This document shows positions 30,032 through 40,500 of a DNA stretch of 64,000 nucleotides, piece by piece. The position numbers and the translations under genes were made by a program. The notes beneath the pieces were generated by a model, which searched no databases, was not told the origin of the DNA, and saw only the letters and a list, made by a program, of their open reading frames with translations. The first letter of the stretch is position 1; each line of letters begins with the position of its first letter. The stretch is taken from the NCBI GenBank assembly GCA_963818065.1, contig CAWFQW010000006.1, forward strand, positions 204,139 to 268,138, read 5' to 3'. The DNA is from Bryobacterales bacterium (lineage in GTDB: Bacteria; Acidobacteriota; Terriglobia; Bryobacterales; Bryobacteraceae).

Positions 30032-30845
30032 CAGTTTACTCTGGGCGTTTCTGAGCCCTCTGGGCGCCGGCGATCTTGGGCCGCCCATCGGCAGCCCGTT
30101 TCCGGAGCGCGGCATAAAGAGCACGCTGGGACCGAAGGGCGCGTTGATTTTGGTTGACCCCTCCGCTGGTCCTGCATCTTCCGAGATCAAGCAGAATCGG
30201 GAAGCAGCGCGAAAGCTTGGGTTGGGAATCGCCGCGAGCCCCTCCAAGATTCACCCCGGATGGTACGTGCTGGATGCTCGGGGTGTCATCGTGTCAAAGT
30301 ATTTTGACGATAGCGCCCGTTATACGCCGGCCGCTATTTTGGTTCACCAGTTCGGCATGGACGCCCTCGGAACCGGCCGTGGAAATCGAAGGCAAGCAGC
30401 TTAGCGCGAAGGCCAGCGCCAGCGACGTTACAGTCGCGCCCGGCGAGCGCGTCGCGTTGATCCTGGACGTCGATCTTTAGCCCAATATGCACGTGTATGC
30501 GCCCGGCGTCGAGGGCGGCTACATTTCGATCGACTTGGAAGATGCAGGATTCCCCGACGGCCACGGTGCACCCGGCGATTTTCCCGCATTCCACGAAAGC
30601 TGTATCTCAAGGCCATTGGCGAAACCGTGCCTGCCTATCGTGGTCATTTCCGGTTGACGCGCGACATCACGATTCCCCCGGAGACCGAGCTCCGGCCGGC
30701 GCTGGACGGCTCGGGAAAATTCACGGTACCCGGCTCGCTACGCTATCAGGCGTGCGACGACCGCGTCTGCTATATCCCGCAAGAGATGCATCTCACATGG
30801 ACGTTTCAATACCAGGCATTTAACAAAGCTGGCGCGCCAAAATAG
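30009..30845 (+). pseudogene. redoxin-like / DsbD-N-terminal-like domain protein, degraded (frameshifts plus in-frame TAG)
   Basis: The fragments are ORFs 30009..30404, 30154..30480 and 30627..30845. The DsbD-N-like pattern reads ...VAPGERVALILDVDL*PNMHVYAPGVEGGY...AYRGHFRL...SLRYQACDDRVCYIPQ. A TAG at 30478-30480 interrupts the conserved pattern before HVYAP. The redoxin-like part has no CxxC. Confidence 0.45.
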
Positions 30846-30951
30846 CTCTAGGTACCTAGTCTTAGTACTCCGCTAGGATCAAATTAGTACTATGAGTTCT
30901 TGGGCAGTGTTTGGCTGTTTGCTAGGGTAGGGAAGGAGATCATAAACGAGA

Positions 30952-32316
30952 ATGAAAGTATCAATTATTGGAACTGGTTATGTCGGTTTGACCACCGGGG
31001 TGTGCCTGGGTTTCCTGGGGCACAAGGTCACTTGTATCGACACCGACGAAAAGAAAATCGATCTCCTGCGCGCCGGCAAGACGCCCATCTTCGAGCCGTT
31101 CCTTACTGAGTTGATGGCGGCCGCCCAGCCAAACCTCCAGTTCTGCACCGAATATGCGGGCGCGGTCAAGGACGCCGACGTCATCTTTATCGCGGTGGGA
31201 ACGCCGCCTTCGCCCGACGGGAGCCCGGACTTGCGCTACCTCAGCGAAGCTGCGCGAGGAATCGGGAAGCATTATGACGGCGATTTCCTGGTGGTGGTGA
31301 ATAAATCCACCGTACCGATCGGCAGCGGCAACTGGGTAGGATCCCTGGTGCGCGAATCTTACGAGCAGGAACATGGCCGCAAGGCCAACGGGCACTTTTC
31401 AGTGGCGTCCAATCCCGAGTTTCTGCGGGAAGGCTCGGCATTGCACGACAGCCTGTATGCGGACCGCGTGGTCATCGGCTCCGACAACAACCGGGCGCTC
31501 GAGGTTCTGTATTCGTTGTATCGCCCCATTCTCGACCAGACGTTCGCACCTCCGCCCTATCTGCCGCGTCCGGAAGAGCTCGGCGCAGTCCCTCTGATTT
31601 CTACCGATTTGGCCTCCGCCGAACTCATCAAGTACGCGGCCAACGCGTTTCTCGCCACAAAGATTTCCTACATCAATGAAATTGGCCAACTCGCCGAGAA
31701 GGTTGGCGCCGACATTTCGCAAGTGGCCAAGGGAATCGGTTTGGACGCTCGCATCGGAACGCGCTTTCTCCAGGCCGGCATCGGCTGGGGCGGCTCTTGT
31801 TTTGGAAAAGATACATCCGCTTTGGTGGCGACGGCGCGTGAATACAACATCGGGATGCCCATCGTCGAAGCTGCGCGCGAAGTCAATCGCCGCCAGCGCG
31901 AACGGGTGGTCGACAAGTTGCTGGGTGAACTGAAGATTCTCAAAGGCCGCACGATCGGGCTGTTGGGCCTGGCGTTCAAGCCTAATACCGACGATCTGCG
32001 CGAAGCGCCGGCCATCGATATCGCCCGCAAGCTGCTGGAGCGTGGTTGTAAGGTGAAGGTCCACGATCCGGTGGCGCTCGATCGCTTTGAGCGCGAATAT
32101 CCGGACCTGGGCGTGGTGCGCTGCGAATCGGCTGAGGAAACGGCCGACGACGTCGACGCGCTGGTTCTGGTGACCGAGTGGCAGGAATACCGCGAGCTGG
32201 ACTGGGAAGCGATCGCCGGCCGCATGCGATCGCCGCTGATCCTGGATGGACGCAACGCGCTGGATCGGCCGCGCCTGGAGCGGTTCGGCTTCCGCTATTT
32301 GGGAATCGCCGGCTAA
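30952..32316 (+). CDS. ugd: UDP-glucose 6-dehydrogenase
   Basis: Intact 454-aa ORF with IIGTGYVGLTTG (Rossmann fold) and GGSCFGKD (catalytic Cys). Confidence 0.9.
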   Translation: MKVSIIGTGYVGLTTGVCLGFLGHKVTCIDTDEKKIDLLRAGKTPIFEPFLTELMAAAQPNLQFCTEYAGAVKDADVIFIAVGTPPSPDGSPDLRYLSEAARGIGKHYDGDFLVVVNKSTVPIGSGNWVGSLVRESYEQEHGRKANGHFSVASNPEFLREGSALHDSLYADRVVIGSDNNRALEVLYSLYRPILDQTFAPPPYLPRPEELGAVPLISTDLASAELIKYAANAFLATKISYINEIGQLAEKVGADISQVAKGIGLDARIGTRFLQAGIGWGGSCFGKDTSALVATAREYNIGMPIVEAAREVNRRQRERVVDKLLGELKILKGRTIGLLGLAFKPNTDDLREAPAIDIARKLLERGCKVKVHDPVALDRFEREYPDLGVVRCESAEETADDVDALVLVTEWQEYRELDWEAIAGRMRSPLILDGRNALDRPRLERFGFRYLGIAG

Positions 32317-32323
32317 CGTTCGT

Positions 32324-32364
32324 GGCGCCCGCACTCCAGGAGTGCCTGCGCCGCATTCTTTTTT
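32324..32364 (+). terminator. rho-independent terminator after ugd
   Basis: GGCGCCCGCACTCC-agg-AGTGCCTGCGCC hairpin followed by gcattCTTTTTT. Confidence 0.6.
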
Positions 32365-32443
32365 CCACGCTACCATCGGAGAGTCCATCGAATAACGGAT
32401 CGTGAATCGCCGGAGGAGTGGGACCCCCGGAGGAGTGGGAGAC

Positions 32444-32749
32444 ATGGATGAGCATCTAATGGCCTCTCCAGAAACGATGGCCCGCCTAAAGCGAGTCTTC
32501 GTCGATTCGTTACATTCGAACCTCCGCGCTGAAGAGTTGCCTTATGAGCAGATTCTGGAAGAGGCAGCCATCCTCGATTCCGTTGCCGTGCTCGAATTCG
32601 TAATCGCCGTTGAAAAGGAATTTGAAGTCACGCTGGAAACGGAATTCCTCGAGTTCGACTTTCTGAGAGACCTATCGGTACTCGCCTTGTACATCGACGA
32701 GCGGATGGGGTCGCGTCCCGCTACCGATTCCACGGGTGCGCCGGAGTGA
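32444..32749 (+). CDS. acyl/peptidyl carrier protein (phosphopantetheine-binding)
   Basis: ATG at 32444, 8 nt after GGAGGAG, within ORF 32402..32749. ILDSVAVLEFVIAVEKEF holds the DS phosphopantetheine attachment motif. It overlaps the next gene by 4 nt (GTGA). Confidence 0.7.
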   Translation: MDEHLMASPETMARLKRVFVDSLHSNLRAEELPYEQILEEAAILDSVAVLEFVIAVEKEFEVTLETEFLEFDFLRDLSVLALYIDERMGSRPATDSTGAPE

Positions 32750-34263
32750 CCGATCGTTTCACATCGGACAGCCCTGAAGATTTCCTCCAGCTCAAACAAC
32801 ATGCCGCGCAGATGCCGTCGGCAATCGCTCTGACTTCTCCCGGAAGCGATGCACTGACTTACCTGGAGCTCGAACGGCGCCTCCACGCAATGCGGCTAGA
32901 AGCGGCGGGTGCGGGCTTCGGTCCCGGCGAAGTTGCCGCTCTGGTGCTGCCCAATGGGCCGGATCTGATCACTGCATTCCTCGCAGTTGCCGGCATCGGA
33001 GCCGGGGCGCCTCTCGACCCATCGTCTACCGAAAGTGAGTTTCGCTATTATCTGGTTCGCTTGGGTGCCCGGATGGTCATTGTTCCTGATGGCGTGTCTT
33101 CGCCAGCAGTTGCCGCAGCCGGTGCACTCCGCATTCCCCTGCTAAGAATTCGTTCGCCTGGAACTTTCGTACGCACGCTGCCGGACAACCTGGAGACCGC
33201 CAGGTCCTTTCGCACCACGGATGCGGCGATTCTGATGTTCACCTCCGCAACTACCGGTGCCCCGAAGCTCGTTCCGCACACCTGGGCGAACCTGCGCGCC
33301 ATGGCAACTCGCGAAATCAGCACCCTCGAACTGAGCGCGACGGATCGCTTCTTGAGCTTGATGCCGCTGTTCCACTTGCACGGGCTGGCCGCCGTGCTTG
33401 CGCAGTTATTTTGCGGGGGCGGCGTTATCAGCACCCCTGGATTCAACCCCGCGACTTTCCTCGCCTGGCTCGACCGCTTCCAACCCACCTGGTTCTCATC
33501 GAGCCCTCCGTTGAACCGTGCCATTCTCGCGTTGGCGCACAAGCACCCGGAAGTTTTCAGGCGCACGTCCTTGCGTTTCATCCGTACCACCGGTGCGGTG
33601 CTACAGCCGGAAGTGCTAACGGCGCTGGAAGAATCCGTTGGCGTGCCCGTGCTTACCGGCTACGGACTGACGGAAGCCGGCGGCGTGACCCGCGACACGG
33701 CGAAGGCCCGAAAGCCCGGATCGGTCGGCCGAAGCAGCGGCTTGGAAGTAGCCAGCATGGATCCGCTCGGGAATCTCATGGCGGACCACCGGGAGGGAGA
33801 AATCGTCGTTCGTGGGGCGTCGGTAACTTCCGGATATGTCGATGATCCGGAAGCCAATCAATCCGCGTTTCGCAATGGGTGGTTCCACACCGGGGACATC
33901 GGCCGCCTGGACAGCGAGAAATTTCTATTCATCACCGGCCGCCAAAAAGAGATGATCGACCGCGGAGGTGAAAAAATCATTCCCCAAGGAGTGGAAGATG
34001 TTCTCGCCGCACATCCGGCGGTCTCGGAAGCCGCGGTATTCGCCGTCTCGCATCCAACGCTTGGAGAAGACATAGTCGCGGCGGTTGTATTGCGCGCTGG
34101 AGCGGTGGCAACGGCGCTGGAACTGCGACGTTTCGCGGCCACTCGGCTGGCTCCTTTCAAAGTGCCTCGCCGGATCGAGTTCCTCGACAGCATTCCGCGA
34201 ACGTCCACCGGAAAGCCGCAACGATCCCTACTGGCCGATCGGTTTCGTCGCGGAAAAATCTGA
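32746..34263 (+). CDS. AMP-forming adenylating enzyme (acyl-CoA/acyl-carrier ligase family)
   Basis: 505 aa with the core motifs FTSATTGAPK, GYGLTEAGG, WFHTGDIG, GRQKEMIDRGGEKI and PRTSTGKPQR. Confidence 0.9.
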   Translation: MTDRFTSDSPEDFLQLKQHAAQMPSAIALTSPGSDALTYLELERRLHAMRLEAAGAGFGPGEVAALVLPNGPDLITAFLAVAGIGAGAPLDPSSTESEFRYYLVRLGARMVIVPDGVSSPAVAAAGALRIPLLRIRSPGTFVRTLPDNLETARSFRTTDAAILMFTSATTGAPKLVPHTWANLRAMATREISTLELSATDRFLSLMPLFHLHGLAAVLAQLFCGGGVISTPGFNPATFLAWLDRFQPTWFSSSPPLNRAILALAHKHPEVFRRTSLRFIRTTGAVLQPEVLTALEESVGVPVLTGYGLTEAGGVTRDTAKARKPGSVGRSSGLEVASMDPLGNLMADHREGEIVVRGASVTSGYVDDPEANQSAFRNGWFHTGDIGRLDSEKFLFITGRQKEMIDRGGEKIIPQGVEDVLAAHPAVSEAAVFAVSHPTLGEDIVAAVVLRAGAVATALELRRFAATRLAPFKVPRRIEFLDSIPRTSTGKPQRSLLADRFRRGKI

Positions 34264-35678
34264 TGGGCCGCCAGAGAACGACTTCGGAGGGCTTCTCCGC
34301 GCGAACCGCCATCGGTCCCGTGCTATGCATTACGGTCCTGGCTGCTATCTGGCTAGCTCCCATCGGCGCCGATCCAACCGCGCGGCACGCGCTCGCAGTA
34401 GCTGCGTTCATGATCATCGCCTGGATCACCGAAACCGGGTCTTACGCGCTCGCGGGCATGCTGGGATGCTACTTGTTCTGGGTGCTCGGAGTGGCGCCGT
34501 TTCGAACAGCCTTCGGCGGCTTCGCGGACCCGACGGCCTGGTTTGTGTTTGGGGCGCTCCTGCTCGGAGCGATGGCGGTCAAATCCGGCATTGCGCGGCG
34601 CCTGGCTTTCGTGGTGATCCGGCGCACCGGCACCAGCTATTCCCGCATTCTGCTCGGGATGATTCTGACATCTTTTCTGTTGACGTTTCTAGTGCCGTCG
34701 GGGCTGGCCTGCGTCGTCATTATGGCTTCGGTCGCGCTGGGACTCACGGAAATCCTGGGGATCCGCCCGGGCAGTAACTTCGGCCGGGGAATCTTCATCA
34801 CTTTGACCTACACCGCCGGCATTTTCGACAAGATGGTCCTGGCAGGGCCCGCCTCAATTCTGGGCCGCGGAATGATCGAAAAAGCCACCAACACTCCGGT
34901 TTACTGGAGTCTTTGGCTGTTCGCATTTCTGCCTTGCGCGCTGGCGACGATTTTCTTCGCCTGGCGCCTCATCTTGAAGCTGTACCCGCCCGAAAAGGTG
35001 GCCCCGGAACGTGCGCTCGCATTTCTTCAGGACGAGCTGAAAAAAATGGGCGCGCTGTCTCCGTTGGAGAAGAAGACTTTGTTCTTGATGCTTCTGGCTG
35101 TGGCTCTCTGGATGACCGATCTCATTCACCACATTCCTCCAGCCGCGATCGGTATCGGGGCCGGTCTCATCGCCGCGTTGCCAGGCGTGGGGATTCTCGA
35201 TCAGCAGGACCTGAGGCGGGTAAATTACCAACCTGTATTCCTTGTTGCCGCTGCGATCGGTATGAGCGATGTACTGATAGAAACCAAGGCGCTCTCCACC
35301 GTTACGGCCGTCATGTTCGGGTGGATGGCGCCTTTGATTACCAACCCATATGCTCTCGCAGTGGTTCCCTACTGGACGGCCTTCGCCTATCATCTCTTTC
35401 TGGGAAACGAGATCTCCATGCTGGCGGCTTCCTTGCCGGCTCTGCTGCGATTTGCCACTTCCCACGGCCTTTCTCCCTTGCAACTCGGGCTGATCTGGTC
35501 GTTCGCCGCGGGCGGGAAAATCTTCGTCTACCAGTCCGGCGTCATGGTCATGGGCTATTCCTACGGCTACTTCGAAGTACGGGATCTGTTCCGGGTGGGA
35601 TTGTTGTTGACGATTCTGGAATCGCTGTTGCTAGCGGTTCTCGTGCCGTTCTATTGGCCGCTCATCGGAATTCATTGA
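34263..35678 (+). CDS. SLC13/DASS-like anion permease (ArsB/NhaD superfamily)
   Basis: 471-aa polytopic membrane protein. AAFMIIAWITE...FGGFADPTAWFVFGALLLGAMAVKSGIARRLA is typical of the DASS family. The start overlaps the upstream stop by 1 nt. Confidence 0.75.
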   Translation: MGRQRTTSEGFSARTAIGPVLCITVLAAIWLAPIGADPTARHALAVAAFMIIAWITETGSYALAGMLGCYLFWVLGVAPFRTAFGGFADPTAWFVFGALLLGAMAVKSGIARRLAFVVIRRTGTSYSRILLGMILTSFLLTFLVPSGLACVVIMASVALGLTEILGIRPGSNFGRGIFITLTYTAGIFDKMVLAGPASILGRGMIEKATNTPVYWSLWLFAFLPCALATIFFAWRLILKLYPPEKVAPERALAFLQDELKKMGALSPLEKKTLFLMLLAVALWMTDLIHHIPPAAIGIGAGLIAALPGVGILDQQDLRRVNYQPVFLVAAAIGMSDVLIETKALSTVTAVMFGWMAPLITNPYALAVVPYWTAFAYHLFLGNEISMLAASLPALLRFATSHGLSPLQLGLIWSFAAGGKIFVYQSGVMVMGYSYGYFEVRDLFRVGLLLTILESLLLAVLVPFYWPLIGIH

Positions 35679-35745
35679 GACGACCCTCGCCGGCGCACCA
35701 CTATTTCGCCGTGAAAGATCAAATCCTCGCCCGCCACCTCAATCG

Positions 35746-36807
35746 ATGCCGCCGCGCGTCAACGCGCCATTGACGCCGCCCTCAGCCAGATGGACAAGCA
35801 GTTCGGAAAAGGCTCCGTGCTTCGCCTCGGCTCGCGCAGTGTTCTGCCCGTGGCCGTGATATCCAGCGGTTCCATTTCGGTGGATGCCGCGTTGGGCGTG
35901 GGTGGATTCCCGCGCGGCCGGGTGATCGAGATCTTTGGGCCCGAGTCGTCCGGCAAAACCACCATGGCGCTTGCAGGTGATCGCGCAGGCGCAGAAAGCC
36001 GGCGGAACAGCGGCGTTTATCGATGCCGAGCATGCGCTGGACCCCGGCTACGCCAGGAATCTTGGAGTGGACGTGGACAACCTGATCGTCTCGCAGCCCG
36101 ACTACGGCGAGCAGGCGCTCGAAATCACCGGCGCGCTGATCGGCTCCGGCGGCATCGACATCGCGGTGGTGGATTCCGTCGCCGCCCTGGTGCCGAAAGC
36201 CGAGCTGGATGGTGAGATGGGCGATAGTCACATGGGTCTGCACGCCCGGCTGATGTCGCAGGCGCTGCGGAAACTGACGGGCACGGTGGCGCGCACCAAT
36301 ACGCTGCTGGTCTTTATCAATCAGGTTCGCGAGAAAATTGGCGTGATGTTCGGCAATCCGGAAACCACCACCGGAGGACGCGCGCTGAAGTTCTATTCCT
36401 CGGTCCGGGTGGAAGTGCGCCGGATGGCTGCCATCAAGGACGGCGAGAAAATCGTCGGCAACCGCACCAAGGTCAAGATCGTGAAGAACAAGGTGGCCGC
36501 GCCGTTCCGCGAAGCGGAAGTGGACATCCTGTACGGCCAAGGAATCTCGCGCGAGGGCGACCTGCTGGATCTGGGAGTGATTCAGGAACTTGTGGAAAAA
36601 AGCGGTTCGTGGTTTAGCTACGCGGGCCAGCGCATCGGCCAAGGCCGCGATAACGCCAGAACGTTCCTCGCCGAGAACCCGGCGCTGGCCGATCGCCTGG
36701 ACGCCGAATTGCGCGCGCGGCTGAGGCTTCCGAACGCCGCCGCGCCCGGACCGCTAACCACCGCGAGCGATTCGCTGGACTTGGCGCAAACCGCCCGGAC
36801 CGCGTAA
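35746..36807 (+). pseudogene. recA: recombinase RecA, at least 2 frameshifts
   Basis: ATG at 35746 is one nt out of frame with ...[28 protein letters not shown]...[12 protein letters not shown] (frame of ORF 35790..36215). The rest, [24 protein letters not shown]...[19 protein letters not shown]..., lies in ORF 35935..36807. The second shift is near 35965 (gcgctTGcaggtg). Confidence 0.9.
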
Positions 36808-36918
36808 ATTCGAGCTTTCTAACGGCTACTACTAGCTCCAAAACCCCATTCCATCGGCTCCCCGGATGTGCTAGGCTCAGAAAGCTGAGAAAAAACGCTG
36901 GTTTGGAGCATTCTTCTC

Positions 36919-36947
36919 TTTACAAGCGTCTTGGCATCTCGTATGAT
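36919..36947 (+). promoter_or_regulatory. sigma70-type promoter upstream of the HU gene
   Basis: TTTACA (36919-36924), 17 nt, TATGAT (36942-36947). It lies about 95 nt upstream of the HU coding region. Confidence 0.5.
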
Positions 36948-37057
36948 TTGGTAGAAACAATTCGGTACGGTTATGTTTTAATCAGACCGGACCGGATTTG
37001 GAAGAACCATACCTGGAAGAACCATACACAAGGAGAAGTAAATGGCAGCAGCTAAGA

Positions 37058-37345
37058 TTGACGCAGACGCAAGTAATCAAGGAACTGGCCGGAGCCACCG
37101 GTACCACCACGAAGGTAGCCAAGCAGTTCGTTACGAGTTTCTCTGAATTGGCCGTTCGCGAGACCAAGAAGAACGGGCTGTTTGTGATCCCCGGCATCGG
37201 CCGTCTGGTGCGCGTGGACCGCAAAGCGCGCCTCGGCCGCAATCCCGCCACCGGCGAGACCATCAAGATTCCCGCCAAAAAAGTAGTGAAGTTCAGGGTG
37301 GCGAAGGCCGTGAAGGACGCGATCGTACCTCCGAAGAAGAAGTAG
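37058..37345 (+). CDS. HU family DNA-binding protein
   Basis: In frame of ORF 36998..37345. (M)TQTQVIKELAGATG...VIPGIGRLVRVDRKARLGRNPATGETIKIPAKKVVKFR is canonical HU/IHF. The start is either TTG at 37058, or the SD-proximal ATG at 37042, which is one nt out of frame. Confidence 0.85.
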   Translation: MTQTQVIKELAGATGTTTKVAKQFVTSFSELAVRETKKNGLFVIPGIGRLVRVDRKARLGRNPATGETIKIPAKKVVKFRVAKAVKDAIVPPKKK

Positions 37346-37366
37346 ATCGCACTACTCGAAAAACAC

Positions 37367-37404
37367 AAACCCCCGCGTACAGCATCGCGGGGGTTTTGTT
37401 TTTT
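37367..37404. terminator. bidirectional rho-independent terminator between HU and tatA
   Basis: aaaCCCCCGCG-tacagcat-CGCGGGGG-ttttgtttttt. The A-run on the left side lets it serve the convergent tatA as well. Confidence 0.85.
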
Positions 37405-37449
37405 AAAGTCGATTTAGGTCGGTTCAGCTTGCGAACGACCCAGGAAGCC

Positions 37450-37632
37450 TTACGCCTGCTTCTTTTCGTCGACGTTGGGTTTGACGTCGTGTTCCTCTTT
37501 CACAGCGTTCTTGAAGTTCTTAATGCCTTCGCCTAAACCTTTCGCCAGCTCAGGAATCTTCTTTCCGCCAAACAGCAGAACGGCGACTACCAAAATGACC
37601 AGGAGTTCAGGCAAGCCAATGGATCGGAACAT
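37450..37632 (-). CDS. tatA: twin-arginine translocase subunit TatA/E
   Basis: 60 aa. [47 protein letters not shown] sits upstream. Confidence 0.9.
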   Translation of the reverse strand: MFRSIGLPELLVILVVAVLLFGGKKIPELAKGLGEGIKNFKNAVKEEHDVKPNVDEKKQA

Positions 37633-37763
37633 ACGGCCTCCTTATGGGCACACTTCATTGTAGGGACCGGTTTCTCGAGTCAAGCCAAGGGGTTTGGGCA
37701 TCACTCGCGCTGATTCGACTTGAACCGGCTGCAGCTCGCTCTGATATACATAACGTTCGCCTT

Positions 37764-39397
<1,634 letters not shown>

Positions 39398-39416
39398 TTT
39401 TCGTTAACATAACAAG

Positions 39417-39869
39417 GTGTCTGATTCCAAGACGGGACCCTTCGCGCCTCTGATCGGCGAGAAGGCGCAAGGATGCTGGCTTGGATACGGTTCTGTTCTA
39501 TTCCTAGAATTTGGCGAGCCCCAACCCCTGCAAGACGGATGGAGGCATTGTCATGGCGAGTGGAGCCTGTCATGCGACAAGATCCTTTGGCGGATCGAGC
39601 AAGGCAACCGTGTGCTGGCTGGTTCCGAAGATGACAGACCAGTAATGGAAGACGCGATTGAACAGCTAAACGGCCATATCCTCGTATCAGGTGAAATATC
39701 CGAATCGACTGGAGATTCACTCCTGGAGTTCACCGATCATGTCGTGCTCAAGACCTTCGTTATAACGTCCGAAGAAGACGCTCGTTGGAGTTTCAGATAT
39801 AGAGACTCCTATCTTGCCTTGGGACCGGAATTAGCGCCGTCGCGTGTAGATACCGATATTCAACCATGA
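39417..39869 (+). CDS. hypothetical protein, cassette paralog 1
   Basis: 150-aa ORF with a GTG start, 19 nt after the lctP stop. It is paralogous to the next ORF through shared R[IL]ExGxx[IV]LxGSxD...LxGxxL...GDxxLxF...SxEDxxW...LGP. No family recognised. Confidence 0.6.
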   Translation: MSDSKTGPFAPLIGEKAQGCWLGYGSVLFLEFGEPQPLQDGWRHCHGEWSLSCDKILWRIEQGNRVLAGSEDDRPVMEDAIEQLNGHILVSGEISESTGDSLLEFTDHVVLKTFVITSEEDARWSFRYRDSYLALGPELAPSRVDTDIQP

Positions 39870-40366
39870 CCCAGCGAGACGCGGAGGCGCTGCAGGAGTT
39901 TTCCAAAGTCCTCTGGGGAGCGACCATATCGCGGGTGAGGTTGTATATTTACCATGGCTTCGAAGAAGGCTACTCGCCAGAGGATCTCGAAGAATTGCGG
40001 CTCGATTTTCACGAACCTCTCCCCGTCCCTGAGAAGATCAGAAAACATCGACGAGTCGGTTCCATTTGGATCTCGGGCAACTGCCAGCCCAGGCTCGAGC
40101 GAGGGGGCAAGATTCTTGTCGGAAGCGGGGATTCAATCCCAAGAGTGCTAGAGCAGTTCCGCAAGATGGTTGGAGGACGGCTGCTGAAGATCGAAGTCCG
40201 CCCCCCGGCCGGCGACACCGCGCTCGTCTTCGAGAACGACCTGACCCTCAACTGCTTCCCCGCCAGGTCTAGGGAAGACGATTCATGGATTATCAGCGCT
40301 GAGGATGGAGACGAGGTGAAGCTTGGACCGGGCGCCCGCGTCACTTACCAGACCGGCCTGCGGTAG
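39866..40366 (+). CDS. hypothetical protein, cassette paralog 2
   Basis: 166-aa ORF whose ATG overlaps the upstream stop (ATGA). It is paralogous to the preceding ORF. Its stop lies 6 nt before repeat copy B. Confidence 0.6.
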   Translation: MTQRDAEALQEFSKVLWGATISRVRLYIYHGFEEGYSPEDLEELRLDFHEPLPVPEKIRKHRRVGSIWISGNCQPRLERGGKILVGSGDSIPRVLEQFRKMVGGRLLKIEVRPPAGDTALVFENDLTLNCFPARSREDDSWIISAEDGDEVKLGPGARVTYQTGLR

Positions 40367-40372
40367 AAAAGC

Positions 40373-40429
40373 GTGATCGGCTTGATCGCGCTGTTCTACA
40401 CGTCCGTAGCGCCCGGCTTGCAGCCGTAG
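40373..40429 (+). repeat. 57-nt direct repeat, copy B (orphan lctP 3' end)
   Basis: gtgatcggcttgatcgcgctgttctacacgtccgtagcgcccggcttgcagccgtag. It translates to VIGLIALFYTSVAPGLQP*. Four of its 5 differences from copy A are synonymous. Confidence 0.9.
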
Positions 40430-40500
40430 CTGAGCCGCGACCGTCAGGGAGCCGGGCGCATCGTGGCTCCTGATTCGGTCTGCTACACTGCCTACTTCTC

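Noticed and set aside
30478-30480. In-frame TAG in the DsbD-N-like gene as a recoded codon (for example pyrrolysine or readthrough).
   Set aside because: The same gene also has multiple frameshifts. TAG is used as an ordinary stop by many neighbouring genes. No Pyl machinery is evident in the window.
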